Shown: positions 9,136 to 19,206, counted from the stretch's first letter. The stretch is DNA of 64,000 bases from Parachlamydiales bacterium (GCA_963800655.1 CAWDBT010000002.1:641964-705963), one strand, 5' to 3'. The notes: generated by a model not told the origin, from the letters alone. Numbers and translations: made by a program.

Positions 9136-9926
9136 CGTTTCTCCAAGGGCGAAGAAAGGAGCAGCTCGTCTCCTTCCCGAAGATCCGACGAGAGGACCTC
9201 CGCCATATTTCCATCGGAAATCCCGATCCGGACTGCAATGGGAAGCACCGCATCCGCGCGCTTGACGAAGACCTGGTTTTTATCGATCGCGTTCATCGGA
9301 ATCATCAAGATGTCGGAATGCTCTTTGATCTCGATCGAAAGATCGGCCGTCATCCCCGGGAGGATTTTCTCGGGCAAATCCCCTATATCCACTCTGATGC
9401 GGAATTTATTTTGGCAAGGATAGATAGCCGCTACGGTGCCGTTGAAGACCTCGCCCCTAAGCGATTCAAAGCTCAGCTTCACGGCCTGCCCTTTGCAAAC
9501 TCGCATGGCGCTTTTTTGATCTAGAACCGCCGCGATGTAGCGATCGCAAAGATCCGTCAATTCCAAGATATTCGATGCGGAGAACACGGTTTCTCCCTCG
9601 TGGCAGAAAACGGCCGTGACGGTTCCCGAAAAAGGCGCCGTAAAAAGGGTTTCCTGCTGCGCCAGCTTATCGCCTTGCTCCACTCGGTCGCCTTCCTTGA
9701 CGAAAAGAGCTTTGAGATTCCCCGTGACTCCGGTTTTCAACAGGTAATTTTTATTGGCCGCCACCGTCCCTATGCCATAGACGCATTCCATCATCGTCCC
9801 CTTCGAGACGACGTGGGAAAACGAGGCTTTTTGCGTTCCGCCTTTGGCTATCGATACATAACCCAGCCAAATCGCAAAAACAAAAATTAAGGAACAAAAA
9901 ACCTTATGTCTTTTTATCCATCCCAT
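9132..9926 (-). CDS. Periplasmic adaptor (HlyD/MFP, DevB-like) subunit
   Basis: N-terminal anchor, a lipoyl-like motif (FVKEGDRVEQGDKLAQ...APFSGTVTAV) and beta-barrel regions. It overlaps the permease gene by 4 nt. Confidence 0.8.
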   Translation of the reverse strand: MGWIKRHKVFCSLIFVFAIWLGYVSIAKGGTQKASFSHVVSKGTMMECVYGIGTVAANKNYLLKTGVTGNLKALFVKEGDRVEQGDKLAQQETLFTAPFSGTVTAVFCHEGETVFSASNILELTDLCDRYIAAVLDQKSAMRVCKGQAVKLSFESLRGEVFNGTVAAIYPCQNKFRIRVDIGDLPEKILPGMTADLSIEIKEHSDILMIPMNAIDKNQVFVKRADAVLPIAVRIGISDGNMAEVLSSDLREGDELLLSSPLEKR

Positions 9927-10060
9927 TCAAGCCTCTTCTTTGAGCGGTAAATGATATCAAACCGCTTCGATTTCGCAAACCACACATCTCGCCGACCGAT
10001 GGGGAGCCGTCGGGAGGCCCCCCAAGAAAGGCGATTCAAAACCGTTTAAATTCAACGTTT

Positions 10061-10876
10061 TTAACCGACCACGCAATCGAGCCTTTTTTCAAGACGCCGA
10101 ATGGCATCCCATCCCATGCACGCGGTGAATAAGGCAAGAGCCGTCAAACTCATCCAAAACGGGAGATACCCCGCCTGTCCAAGCGTTGCAGCCCGCATCC
10201 CCTCCATGATGTAAACCACGGGATTGAGCAGATGCAAATACCCCGCCTTAGCGGAAATCCCCCAGACGGTCGCCCAGGAATAGTAATAGCACCCGAACAT
10301 ATAGAGCGGATTGATCACCCTGACGAACAAATGGGAAATGCTCCTCATATTCTTGAGCACGCTCACGAGCCAAAGGGCAAAAAATCCAAAGAACAGATTG
10401 CTTAAAGAAAAGATCAGGAAAAATCTCCACAAGCTAATTTGAGAGAGATCGAATTGGGATAGCAAGATCAGCTTTCCAATAGGGAACAGCATCAAGGCAA
10501 TGAGCGCGGAAATGAGCGCCCAGGAAACGCCGATATACGCGAAAACCAGCCGAGAGGGAAGCGGCAGCGTCAATGTATAAAGAATCGTCCTGTCCCCTTC
10601 CAGATCCGCGATCATCACGCCCACCTTGCCGATCATTTCGAACAGCCCGAAGGAGGCGATCAACCCGATGAGAAAAAAAGCCCCGTAATCCGCTTTCAAT
10701 CCATACGAAGGAAGCAAATAGCTGAATACAAGGACAGTCGTAAACAAGATCACCGACGTATCGATGATCTTCCCTAAAAATTCTTCTTTAAACAGCCGTA
10801 AATCGCGCCGGATCAAATGACCGACCGCGGCGAGATATCCGATAGATTTCGACCCGATTAAATTATGCCTCGACAT
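10061..10876 (-). CDS. ABC-2-type transporter permease
   Basis: Six-TM ABC-2 membrane protein. It overlaps the upstream ATPase gene. Confidence 0.85.
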   Translation of the reverse strand: MSRHNLIGSKSIGYLAAVGHLIRRDLRLFKEEFLGKIIDTSVILFTTVLVFSYLLPSYGLKADYGAFFLIGLIASFGLFEMIGKVGVMIADLEGDRTILYTLTLPLPSRLVFAYIGVSWALISALIALMLFPIGKLILLSQFDLSQISLWRFFLIFSLSNLFFGFFALWLVSVLKNMRSISHLFVRVINPLYMFGCYYYSWATVWGISAKAGYLHLLNPVVYIMEGMRAATLGQAGYLPFWMSLTALALFTACMGWDAIRRLEKRLDCVVG

Positions 10877-11660
10877 GGGTACCCCCCTGCATAAGTTTTA
10901 GGAAGACGTCTTCCAATCGCTTTTCCCGATGGAGTTCGATCAGATTCTGCGGAGTATCGATCGTCTTCACCGATCCATCGTCGATGATGCAGACTCGATC
11001 CGATAGATATTCGGCCTCGTCGAGATAGTGGGTCGTCAACAAAATGGATACGCCGGATTTTTTCAATGCGGCGATCTCCTCCCATAGCTGCCTTCGAATA
11101 TGGGGATCGAGTCCAACCGTCGGCTCGTCCAAAATAATGATCTTGGGCCGATGGACAAGCGTTCTTGCGATCAAAAACCGCTGCCTATATCCACCCGAAA
11201 GAACAAAGGCCTTGGATTGGGAATATTCTCCGAGCTGGAATTGCTCCACCAAGCTCTCGACCCGAGAGCGGGTTTCCCCTGCGCTCATGCCGCGATAGCG
11301 CCCTGCAAACGTCAAATTCTCTTCCAGAGTCATTGAAAGATCGAGATTGGGCTTCTGAGGACAAAAGCCTACGATCTTGCGATAACCCACGATATCCTCA
11401 TAGATCGAACGGCCTAGATAGCGGACGTCGCCCGAGGTCGGCGGATGCAGCCCCGCGAGAATCGTGGATAGAGTCGTTTTGCCGGCTCCATTGACTCCCA
11501 GGAGTCCCAAAATTTCCCCTTCTCGGACATCTAAAGAAACTCCCTTCAAAGCTTCCTTTGTATGCCCGGCCTCTTTGATCCAAGGCCTCCAAAAACTCCG
11601 CCCAGCCGGAGTGATATAATGCTTCTTCACCGACTGAACTTCGATCAGCAGTTGTTTCAT
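10863..11660 (-). CDS. ABC transporter ATP-binding protein (ABC-2/DrrA type)
   Basis: Walker A GVNGAGKTT, signature LSGGYRQRFLIARTL, Walker B ILDEPTVGLD. Confidence 0.92.
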   Translation of the reverse strand: MKQLLIEVQSVKKHYITPAGRSFWRPWIKEAGHTKEALKGVSLDVREGEILGLLGVNGAGKTTLSTILAGLHPPTSGDVRYLGRSIYEDIVGYRKIVGFCPQKPNLDLSMTLEENLTFAGRYRGMSAGETRSRVESLVEQFQLGEYSQSKAFVLSGGYRQRFLIARTLVHRPKIIILDEPTVGLDPHIRRQLWEEIAALKKSGVSILLTTHYLDEAEYLSDRVCIIDDGSVKTIDTPQNLIELHREKRLEDVFLKLMQGGTHVEA

Positions 11661-11910
11661 AAAAATACCAAAAAAAAATTGAAAATATCCGAATTGTTAT
11701 TCGGTCGCGTATAGTTCTTGAAAAAAGTCAATCTGCAAATCCATGCCGATCATGAGCTTCCTCATGACCAACGCAGATTCAACGAAATGCCTCTGAAAAA
11801 ATCAGAGGAAAAGAAAAGATTAGATCAACATCTGAAGCACTCAAATTCTAAGATAGAGCATATCAAACACATTCAAAACGAGTCAATAATTTTGAACTTC
11901 GATAGCGCGA

Positions 11911-13869
11911 TCAAGAAAAGAACCTCGAAATAATCCGAACGATATCTTGGTAGGTAATGTAGACGAAGAGGCCGATGATCAGCACGACAAATGGCACGAC
12001 TAGCCGTTCCATCGTCTTTGAACTCAAACGCTTTTTCGTCACGCCCTCGATGGCTGAAAAGAGGATATGCCCGCCATCTAGAACGGGGATGGGAATGAGA
12101 TTGATGATCCCGAGATTCACGCTGATCATCGCCATCCAAAAAAGAGCTTCTTTGATTCCCACCAACCAGCTCTGTTGGACGATATGCACGATCCCTACGG
12201 GACCGGCGACAAACTTTGGATTGAGGTTGCCCGTGACAAGGCTGGACAAGGTGCGCCAAGTATCCTTAAAAGCGCTGCTGAACAATTCGAGCGGACCCGG
12301 ATTGTAAAGCACAGACCGGTCTTTAAGAGAGTGAACGCCCAGGACGAGTTTGCGCTGGCTTTGTTCAAATGCCTGGAGTCTCTGCTCGCGTTGTTCGGGA
12401 TCCTGGATGGCCTCGAGTTCTTTTTGCGTTTGGGCGAGTTGCTGAGCCATTGCCGTTTTTTCAGCTTGGGGCAAAGACATCTCTGCAAAAGGAACGGGAG
12501 CGATCGGATTCAAAAGAGCGAAATGGCCCGTCTCATTGCGAAGATGATCTGTGCCGATGGTCGAGATCAAGGCGTTGAGTTCTTTCAGATCGAGGTTGTC
12601 GTCGAAATCGCGATCGGCTGCGGCCCAGGAAATCCGGTCTGTCGCAGAGGGATCTCGCTGCACGATGAGCAGAACTTTGCGCGCTTGCAGCTCTTGGAGA
12701 AGCCCGTAGGAAGAATCGATTTTCTCGCCTTGGACCGCCAAGACCACGTCTCCCTCGAGCAGGGGATTGAAATATGCGCAGCGCTCGCACCTCTGAAATG
12801 CTTTGGTCTGATCGATTTCATCCAGAAAATCGAGGCGCGCCTCGACTTCTCCCTTAGGGGATAAGAGATAGGGGATGAAATACAAATCCTGAACCCGTCC
12901 TTTCAGACCCGCTTCATGCTGCCAATCGTCGAGTTCCGCCCTCTCGACGGCCGTCATTTTTAATTCATCGAGATGGACGCGAGGAACTTTCGTTTGAAAA
13001 ATTTCGTCTCCGCGGCGGACTGTGAGAAAAGCGGTCGAATCATTGATCGCCGCGCTCAGTTGCTGCATCGAGAAGATCATCTCCCCGTCCGCCCAAAGAA
13101 TCCGATCGCCATCTTGCAATCCGCTGTTCAGCAGAGGAGATCCAGGCGGCAGAATTTGAGCGAGATCTTTTCCTTCGCTATCGAAAATGAGATAGCGGGC
13201 CGGACTCATGACGCCGATCGTTTGGATTTTATCCTGAGCTATATCGGGGTTTGGATAGGTCTGCAGGGTGTAATCGAAATTGAGCCTTTCCCCGGAGAGA
13301 TAGTCGACCTTATATCCTTGGATGCGGGCCTGATCGTCGTTCATGAGCGATGCCATGAGCAAATCCTTGGCTCCCTCAAAAGGACGCCCCCCATAAGTCT
13401 GGATCACATCCCCGGGTCTCACTCCTTGTCGATACAGGGAGGACTTGGGATCGACCCAACCGATCCGGCGGGTGAATTCGGAAAAATTCTTTTCGCGTCC
13501 GCCGCTGATCCAAATGGCTGCAAAAGCGATCAGGGCAAAGGCGATATTGACGGCAGGCCCCATGAGGGCCACTCGGATCCGCTGCATCGGGCTTTTGCTG
13601 TAAAAACCCTCTGCGATCTCGTGCGGTTCCCGGCTCCCCTCTTTCTGCATGCCGGCGATTTTCACATAGCCGCCGAAGGGAATCCAGCCGATCTGCCAGC
13701 GCACGCCGTTTTTAACCCAAGACCATACCGGAGATCCGAATCCGATCGCAAACGATTCGACCTTCATCCCCTCTCTTCGAGCCATCCAGAAATGGCCCAT
13801 TTCATGGATGAAGACTAAAAAACCGAGGCCAAAAATGGAAAATACAATGTAAATGAGATGCTCGAACAT
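11911..13869 (-). CDS. rseP: RIP site-2 zinc metalloprotease RseP (YaeL)
   Basis: HEMGHF zinc motif in TM1, central PDZ region, and a C-terminal NLIPIPVLDGGH motif. Confidence 0.93.
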   Translation of the reverse strand: MFEHLIYIVFSIFGLGFLVFIHEMGHFWMARREGMKVESFAIGFGSPVWSWVKNGVRWQIGWIPFGGYVKIAGMQKEGSREPHEIAEGFYSKSPMQRIRVALMGPAVNIAFALIAFAAIWISGGREKNFSEFTRRIGWVDPKSSLYRQGVRPGDVIQTYGGRPFEGAKDLLMASLMNDDQARIQGYKVDYLSGERLNFDYTLQTYPNPDIAQDKIQTIGVMSPARYLIFDSEGKDLAQILPPGSPLLNSGLQDGDRILWADGEMIFSMQQLSAAINDSTAFLTVRRGDEIFQTKVPRVHLDELKMTAVERAELDDWQHEAGLKGRVQDLYFIPYLLSPKGEVEARLDFLDEIDQTKAFQRCERCAYFNPLLEGDVVLAVQGEKIDSSYGLLQELQARKVLLIVQRDPSATDRISWAAADRDFDDNLDLKELNALISTIGTDHLRNETGHFALLNPIAPVPFAEMSLPQAEKTAMAQQLAQTQKELEAIQDPEQREQRLQAFEQSQRKLVLGVHSLKDRSVLYNPGPLELFSSAFKDTWRTLSSLVTGNLNPKFVAGPVGIVHIVQQSWLVGIKEALFWMAMISVNLGIINLIPIPVLDGGHILFSAIEGVTKKRLSSKTMERLVVPFVVLIIGLFVYITYQDIVRIISRFFS

Positions 13870-13873
13870 ACAA

Positions 13874-15010
13874 CTACAATTCCTCAGCTTTTCGGCGCGT
13901 TTCGAAGTCGACAGCTAAAACTGCCTCCAAGCTTAGCAGATCGGATGCAGCGTGTGAAGACATTAATTTTTCAAGTTTTTCTGCAATCTCGCCCCATCGG
14001 CAGCGCCCTTGCAGGAATTGTTCTACGAATACGTCGTTGGCTGCATTCAGGGCGCAAGGAAAACTTCGGCCGAGTTTCAGGGATTCTTCGGCTAGCTTCA
14101 GACAAGGGAATTTTTTTCTGTCTGGCTCCCGGAACGTCAGTTGGGAGTTCCTCAGAAAATCGAACGGTTCGAACATCCCCTCGAGGCGGCGCGGATAGGT
14201 CAGCGCATATTGAATGGGCATGGCCATATCGGGTTCTCCCATTTGCGCCAGAATCGAGCCGTCGCAATACTCGACCATGCTGTGGACAATGCTTTGCGGA
14301 TGCACGATGGTTTGAATGCGCGAGGCAGGGATGTCGAAAAGCCATTTGGCCTCGATCATCTCGAGGCCTTTATTCATCAGCGTCGAAGAATCGATGGAAA
14401 TCTTCTTCCCCATCTTCCAATTCGGATGGGCCAGAGCGCTTTCGACGTTGGCGGACTGAAGGGTTTCGAGACTCGCATCTCGAAACGGCCCTCCGGATGC
14501 GGTCAAGATCAACCTTCGAACCGTTTTCGAGTCATTGCCCTGCAAGCACTGAAAGATCGCGCTATGCTCGCTGTCTATGGGAAGAACGGTTGTTTTGCGC
14601 CGCTTTGCCAGGCCCATGATCCATTCCCCTGCGCAAACCAACACTTCTTTATTGGCCAGCGCGATCGACTTTCCGGCTTCGATGGCTAAGGCGACGGATG
14701 CCAAAGCCGCATTTCCGGACATGGCGAACACCGTTAGGTCGACCTCGGAATGAGCGGCTGCCGCCGCGATCCCTTCGGCTCCGGACATCACTTCGATCGC
14801 GGGAAAGCGAAGCTTGAATTCAGCGGCTTTGACGGGATCCCAAATCGCGACGAGAGCCGGGCGAAATTCCTCCGCCTGCTCCATTAAAAGATCGATGTTG
14901 GATCGGGCGGCTAAAGCGGCGACTCGAATCTCTCCTTTCAGATGCCGCGCCACGCGCAACGTATTTCGCCCAACCGATCCCGTGCTTCCTAAAATAGCGA
15001 TGCGCTTCAT
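13874..15010 (-). CDS. dxr: 1-deoxy-D-xylulose-5-phosphate reductoisomerase
   Basis: MKRIAILGSTGSVGRNTL... is the canonical Dxr N-terminus, and the protein is Dxr-like throughout. The start is re-assigned to the ATG at 15010 (ATGA overlap with the upstream gene). The track ORF extension to 15385 is R-rich junk overlapping ytgD. Confidence 0.95.
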   Translation of the reverse strand: MKRIAILGSTGSVGRNTLRVARHLKGEIRVAALAARSNIDLLMEQAEEFRPALVAIWDPVKAAEFKLRFPAIEVMSGAEGIAAAAAHSEVDLTVFAMSGNAALASVALAIEAGKSIALANKEVLVCAGEWIMGLAKRRKTTVLPIDSEHSAIFQCLQGNDSKTVRRLILTASGGPFRDASLETLQSANVESALAHPNWKMGKKISIDSSTLMNKGLEMIEAKWLFDIPASRIQTIVHPQSIVHSMVEYCDGSILAQMGEPDMAMPIQYALTYPRRLEGMFEPFDFLRNSQLTFREPDRKKFPCLKLAEESLKLGRSFPCALNAANDVFVEQFLQGRCRWGEIAEKLEKLMSSHAASDLLSLEAVLAVDFETRRKAEEL

Positions 15011-15960
15011 GAATAGATCTTTAGCTTTCTGTTTTTGACTGTGCGGCAAATGCCGAAGGCGATCGGATAAAGAACCCCGAGAAGGGCGGAGACCATCCCC
15101 CCGGTCGAAAGAGCCAGCCCATAGACGGATAAAATGTGGCGGGCCAATGCGACGCCGACGATGGAAACGAGAGCGCCGATCGACACTGCGGCGATCAATA
15201 AAATGTGGAGGCGGTGCGAAAACAGCCTGGCGATTAAATACGGCCCTACGAGAAAAGAAAGCACGAGGAGCACTCCTACGATCCGAAACGCGCTGATGCA
15301 GCTGACGGCCGTCAATCCGAGGAGCAGAGCCTGGAGCCAATTGCACTTTCCCCCGAGGGAACTGAGATGCCCGCTGTCGAAACACGAGTATTTCAACGGA
15401 ACATAGCAGAGCAAAATAGCCGTAGCGCTGATCCCGGCGAGAATAGCTCCCATATATAGGTCCTCCATTCTCAAGGCGTCAGGATTGCCGGTCACGGCCT
15501 CGACGCCGAGATGCACGTCCCGCGTAAATACCGTCACGAGGGCGACGCCAAGGGCAAAAAGAGCCGTGAAGACGAGGCCGATGCTCGCGTCTTCCTGAAG
15601 GCGGAGCCATTTATGGATCGCAAACGTCAGCCCCACGGTCAAAAGAGCGGCGGCCATCGCGCCGGGCAAGAGATAGGGAAATCCGAGAGCGCCGTGTTGA
15701 ACTGCAAAAATCGAAGCGAAGCAAATATAGCTGAGTGCGATTCCGAGCAGAACCGTATGCGCGATCGAATTGGCGAGCATCGCCAGCTTCTTCAGGACGA
15801 GGAACGGCCCCAGCATCCCGCAGGAAATGGCCACAGAGACCAATACGAAGATCTGCAGTTCATCCGCTGCTATCGCCGTCTGTCCGGTGACGACGAGTGG
15901 AAAGCGAGCGGCGAATGTCGCAAAAAACTGCCAAAAATCGCAATCCCAGTAGGGCGCCAT
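15007..15960 (-). CDS. ytgD: Metal (Fe/Mn/Zn) ABC transporter permease, YtgD/TroD type
   Basis: ABC-3 family multi-TM permease, last gene of the ytg block. Confidence 0.88.
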   Translation of the reverse strand: MAPYWDCDFWQFFATFAARFPLVVTGQTAIAADELQIFVLVSVAISCGMLGPFLVLKKLAMLANSIAHTVLLGIALSYICFASIFAVQHGALGFPYLLPGAMAAALLTVGLTFAIHKWLRLQEDASIGLVFTALFALGVALVTVFTRDVHLGVEAVTGNPDALRMEDLYMGAILAGISATAILLCYVPLKYSCFDSGHLSSLGGKCNWLQALLLGLTAVSCISAFRIVGVLLVLSFLVGPYLIARLFSHRLHILLIAAVSIGALVSIVGVALARHILSVYGLALSTGGMVSALLGVLYPIAFGICRTVKNRKLKIYS

Positions 15961-17276
15961 CAGAGATCCTCTCTTTGAGGAATCGGCTGGCTGTGCGGGT
16001 CGACTTTCGGATCGAACAGATAAACGGCAAGCCGAGCCTCCAATTCAGGAGTCAGGATGTGCTCCATTTCTTCAGCGGTTCGATGCACCTGGGCCTCCGG
16101 CCAGCCGAGATCGGCGAGATAGACTTCCCAAAGGCGATGTAGGCGGACGATCCTGGCGGCTCTTCGCATCCCGTCGGATGATAAAGCATATGCGCCTTGA
16201 GAGCGGATCATCCAGCCGTTTCTTTGCATTCGATACAGGAGCGGATAAAACAACCATAGAGGCAGGCGATGGGAATCCCTCAGGCCCCGCAAACAAACGG
16301 TTTGTTTCTTCCACAATTCCTTTAATACATTCTCCTCGATGCATCGCAGCTTGAAGCCGAGGATTTTGAACAGGCGCGCCGCCACGCCGCGCTTCGGGGC
16401 GAATAGAAGCGATGCGATCGCGATGAAAGAACCGATTAATACGATCATCGGCCCTGTCGGCAGCGAGCATCTGACTCCGCTTGCCTCATCGCTCAGTCCG
16501 ATCGAAGCTTCGACGGAAATCCAGTTGCCCAAAAATCCGCTGGCAATCCCGAATGCGGCGGCCAGGGCGAACATCGTTCCGAGCCGGTTGGTGAATTGCC
16601 TCGCCGCCGCTGCGGGAGCGATCGACATGCCGGACATCAAAATGACGCCTGCGCTTCGGATGCCCACGACGATCGAGAGCAGCAAGAGAAAACAGACGGC
16701 TTGAGGCATCCAACGGGGAAATGCCTTGGCCGTCATCGAAAATTCGGGATCGAACAGCATGGCTTGGAGCGGGCGGTAAGCGAACCAGATAAATAAGCCG
16801 ATGCAGACTGCGAGAACGGCGTAAATCGCAACATGCGCATCGGTCATCGTGGCCGCCTGCCCGTAGAGATACGTCTGCACCTGCCTCGCATAGGCGGGAT
16901 AAATGCTTTGCAATGCGCTGAAAATCAAAACTCCTATGCCGAAAAAAGAGGCGAGGAGAAAACAAAGCGCCGCATCGCTGCAAATGCGCCGTTTTTTCTC
17001 CAGCCATTCGAGAACATACAGGCCGATCAGCGAGCACGCAAGGGCTCCTCCCATCGAAAAAAACAGCCCTGAATCCCCCGCGTTGCCGAATCCGGCCAAT
17101 GCGCAAATGCCCATTCCGATCACTACCCCCGGATATGCGGCATGGGAAAGAGCTTCTCCCAAAAGAGATCTCTTTTGCAGGAAAACAAGCGTCCCGATAA
17201 GAGCGGAGGACAAACCCATCAGCATGCAACCCAAGGTAGGCGCTCGAAGAACGGGATCGAAGAAATAAGAAAACAT
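15960..17276 (-). CDS. ytgC: Metal ABC permease fused to a C-terminal DtxR-like repressor domain (YtgC-YtgR)
   Basis: ABC-3 permease (about 290 aa) followed by a DtxR-type dimerisation/metal-binding segment (RLHRLWEVYLADLGWPEAQVHRTAEEMEHILTPELEARL...DPHSQPIP). This fusion is a known chlamydial hallmark. Confidence 0.88.
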   Translation of the reverse strand: MFSYFFDPVLRAPTLGCMLMGLSSALIGTLVFLQKRSLLGEALSHAAYPGVVIGMGICALAGFGNAGDSGLFFSMGGALACSLIGLYVLEWLEKKRRICSDAALCFLLASFFGIGVLIFSALQSIYPAYARQVQTYLYGQAATMTDAHVAIYAVLAVCIGLFIWFAYRPLQAMLFDPEFSMTAKAFPRWMPQAVCFLLLLSIVVGIRSAGVILMSGMSIAPAAAARQFTNRLGTMFALAAAFGIASGFLGNWISVEASIGLSDEASGVRCSLPTGPMIVLIGSFIAIASLLFAPKRGVAARLFKILGFKLRCIEENVLKELWKKQTVCLRGLRDSHRLPLWLFYPLLYRMQRNGWMIRSQGAYALSSDGMRRAARIVRLHRLWEVYLADLGWPEAQVHRTAEEMEHILTPELEARLAVYLFDPKVDPHSQPIPQREDL

Positions 17277-17280
17277 AGCC

Positions 17281-18044
17281 CTACTCCAATCCGCTCGGAA
17301 CTTTCACGGAAAGCGCTGTCGCCTCGCCAAATAAGCTGTGTTCTTTGCCGAACGCTCGCTCCAAATAACAAGGAGCGTATGTTTCGAGAACAGGTCCGCA
17401 TGCGATCAGGCGGCGGTTGATCAAAATCAGCCAATCGAAGTACTGCTTGGCCATCGGAAGATCGTGGAACACGATCAAAATCGTTTTTCCTTTCTCCCTA
17501 AGAGACTGCAACAAAGCGATGATCGCTTTTTCCGTCGCGAGATCGACTCCTGCAAACGGTTCATCCATGAGCAAGATCTCGGGATCCTGGACGAGCGCGC
17601 GGGCGATGAAAAGGCGCTGCTGCTGGCCGCCCGAAAGCTGGCTGATCTGGCGGTCTGCGAACTCCGACATCCCCACTTGCGCAAGAGCTCTTCAGCGGCT
17701 TCTATATCGGCTTGGCGCGGACGTCCGAACAGGGTGAATTGCGCATAGCGGCCCATTAGAACGACGTCGAGAGCGCAGATCGGAAAATCCCAATCGACCG
17801 ATTCCCTTTGCGGCACATAAGCGATTTTCTTTCTCATCGCTTCGAGAGGCGATCCGAAAAATCGCACCTTTCCCGACATCGACGGCACAAGGCCGATGGC
17901 CGCTTTGAGCAACGTGCTTTTTCCTGCTCCGTTAGGGCCCGCGATCCCGCATAAAATCCCGCTCGGCAAAGACAAGGACAGATCCCAAAGCACCGGCGTC
18001 TTATCATAGCTGACAGTCAATCCATCGATCTCAATCGCTTTCAT
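17281..18044 (-). pseudogene. ytgB: Metal ABC transporter ATPase YtgB, split by a single frameshift (real or assembly error)
   Basis: ORF 17475..18044 carries Walker A (GPNGAGKST) and goes off-frame after ...ADIEAAEE. ORF 17281..17676 continues with VGMSEFADRQISQLSGGQQQRLFIARAL..LLMDEPFAGVD. The span is 764 nt (3n-1), so one base is missing near 17680-17695. Confidence 0.85.
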
Positions 18045-19132
18045 AGTTCGCCTTCCGACAAGTGGGTTGCAATGACATCCGCATTATGGCGCATCATCTC
18101 TAAATAATGGAGATTTTCCCCATCCATTGCATCTCCATAAAGCGGCTCTTCGCAAATGCGCACCGCGAGACCCGTCTCGCGTCCGGCAGAGACGATCTTG
18201 CGGATCGAATCGCGGCTCACATTCGTTTCGGGGAAAATGACGCGGATTCGATGCAGGCGGATATAATCGATGATCCGCTGAATATCGACGGAACTCAATT
18301 GGCCGTCGGGAGCGAGGCCTTCCGGAGCTGCAAAACGCGATCTCCAGTCTTTTTCTTCGGCTTCGGCCAAATAGCTCCTAGTAAAATATTGAAATGCATC
18401 GTGGCTGGTCACAAGATAGCGGCTCTTAGCCGGAACAGCTCTGAGCTTCTCTTTGAGTTCGAAATGCGCTTCCCGCATTTTTTCTATTACGGCAGCAGCC
18501 CTTCCGAGATAAAATTCCCTGCCTTCCGGATCGATCTCCGAGAGCCGCTCCGCGATCGGAAGAGCCCCTTGGCTCCAAAGGGAAATATCCATCCAAACGT
18601 GGGGATCGATCGAGGAGCCTTTATATAGGATGCGCTCCGGAGAGGAGAGGCGGATCCGATCCCCTACGGAAACGGCTTTCTGACTCCCCCGCAGCCACTC
18701 GGATAAACTCGCCCCGTGCTCTAGGCCCAGGCCGTTATAAAAAATGAGATCCGCGCGCTGCAAGACCTCATCGTCTCCCTTGACGAGCTCATAACTATGG
18801 GGATCGAGAGTCCCTTGGATGAGAACCCTCGCCTCGAGGCGATCCCCACCTATCTCGGACGTCAAGTCCCCTATCTGCGCCGTTGTGCAAAGAATTTTTT
18901 TCTTACCGTTCTCCGCCATCCAGCTCCTAATAGCTTCTCTCGAACCAGATCTCGTCCGACATCCCGAAATAATGGCAAATAAAAGAATAAAAACCGCGAG
19001 CGATTTGAAAAACCGATTCCAAATTACGCCCGTCTGGATTCTAGATTTTTTTTGACAAGCCTTCCGCTCGATATTCGATTCAAAAACTCGCAAAACCCAA
19101 TGAAACTTAATTTGTAGATGGTCTCTGAACAT
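18041..19132 (-). CDS. ytgA: Metal-binding periplasmic lipoprotein YtgA (TroA/ZnuA family)
   Basis: Cluster-9 solute-binding fold (DPHSYE, DPHVWMD motifs) and a lipobox-like LFAIISGC. The true start may lie downstream of the ATG at 19132. Confidence 0.87.
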   Translation of the reverse strand: MFRDHLQIKFHWVLRVFESNIERKACQKKSRIQTGVIWNRFFKSLAVFILLFAIISGCRTRSGSREAIRSWMAENGKKKILCTTAQIGDLTSEIGGDRLEARVLIQGTLDPHSYELVKGDDEVLQRADLIFYNGLGLEHGASLSEWLRGSQKAVSVGDRIRLSSPERILYKGSSIDPHVWMDISLWSQGALPIAERLSEIDPEGREFYLGRAAAVIEKMREAHFELKEKLRAVPAKSRYLVTSHDAFQYFTRSYLAEAEEKDWRSRFAAPEGLAPDGQLSSVDIQRIIDYIRLHRIRVIFPETNVSRDSIRKIVSAGRETGLAVRICEEPLYGDAMDGENLHYLEMMRHNADVIATHLSEGEL

Positions 19133-19173
19133 TTCCGAATCCGGTTTTTACTGAATGAATAGAATAGGACTTT

Positions 19174-19198
19174 GAAAAAAAGAAAAAAAGAAAAAAAT
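19174..19198 (+). repeat. Phased A-tract (G-A7)x3 in the ytgA / CT066-like divergent promoter region
   Basis: GAAAAAAAGAAAAAAAGAAAAAAAT read directly from the sequence. Confidence 0.8.
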
Positions 19199-19206
19199 CA
19201 AGTTTC

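Noticed and set aside
15011-15385. 125-codon N-terminal extension of the dxr ORF in the track (13874..15385).
   Set aside because: The extension is Arg-rich nonsense that overlaps the 3' end of ytgD. The canonical Dxr N-terminus MKRIAILGSTG starts at 15010 with an ATGA overlap.
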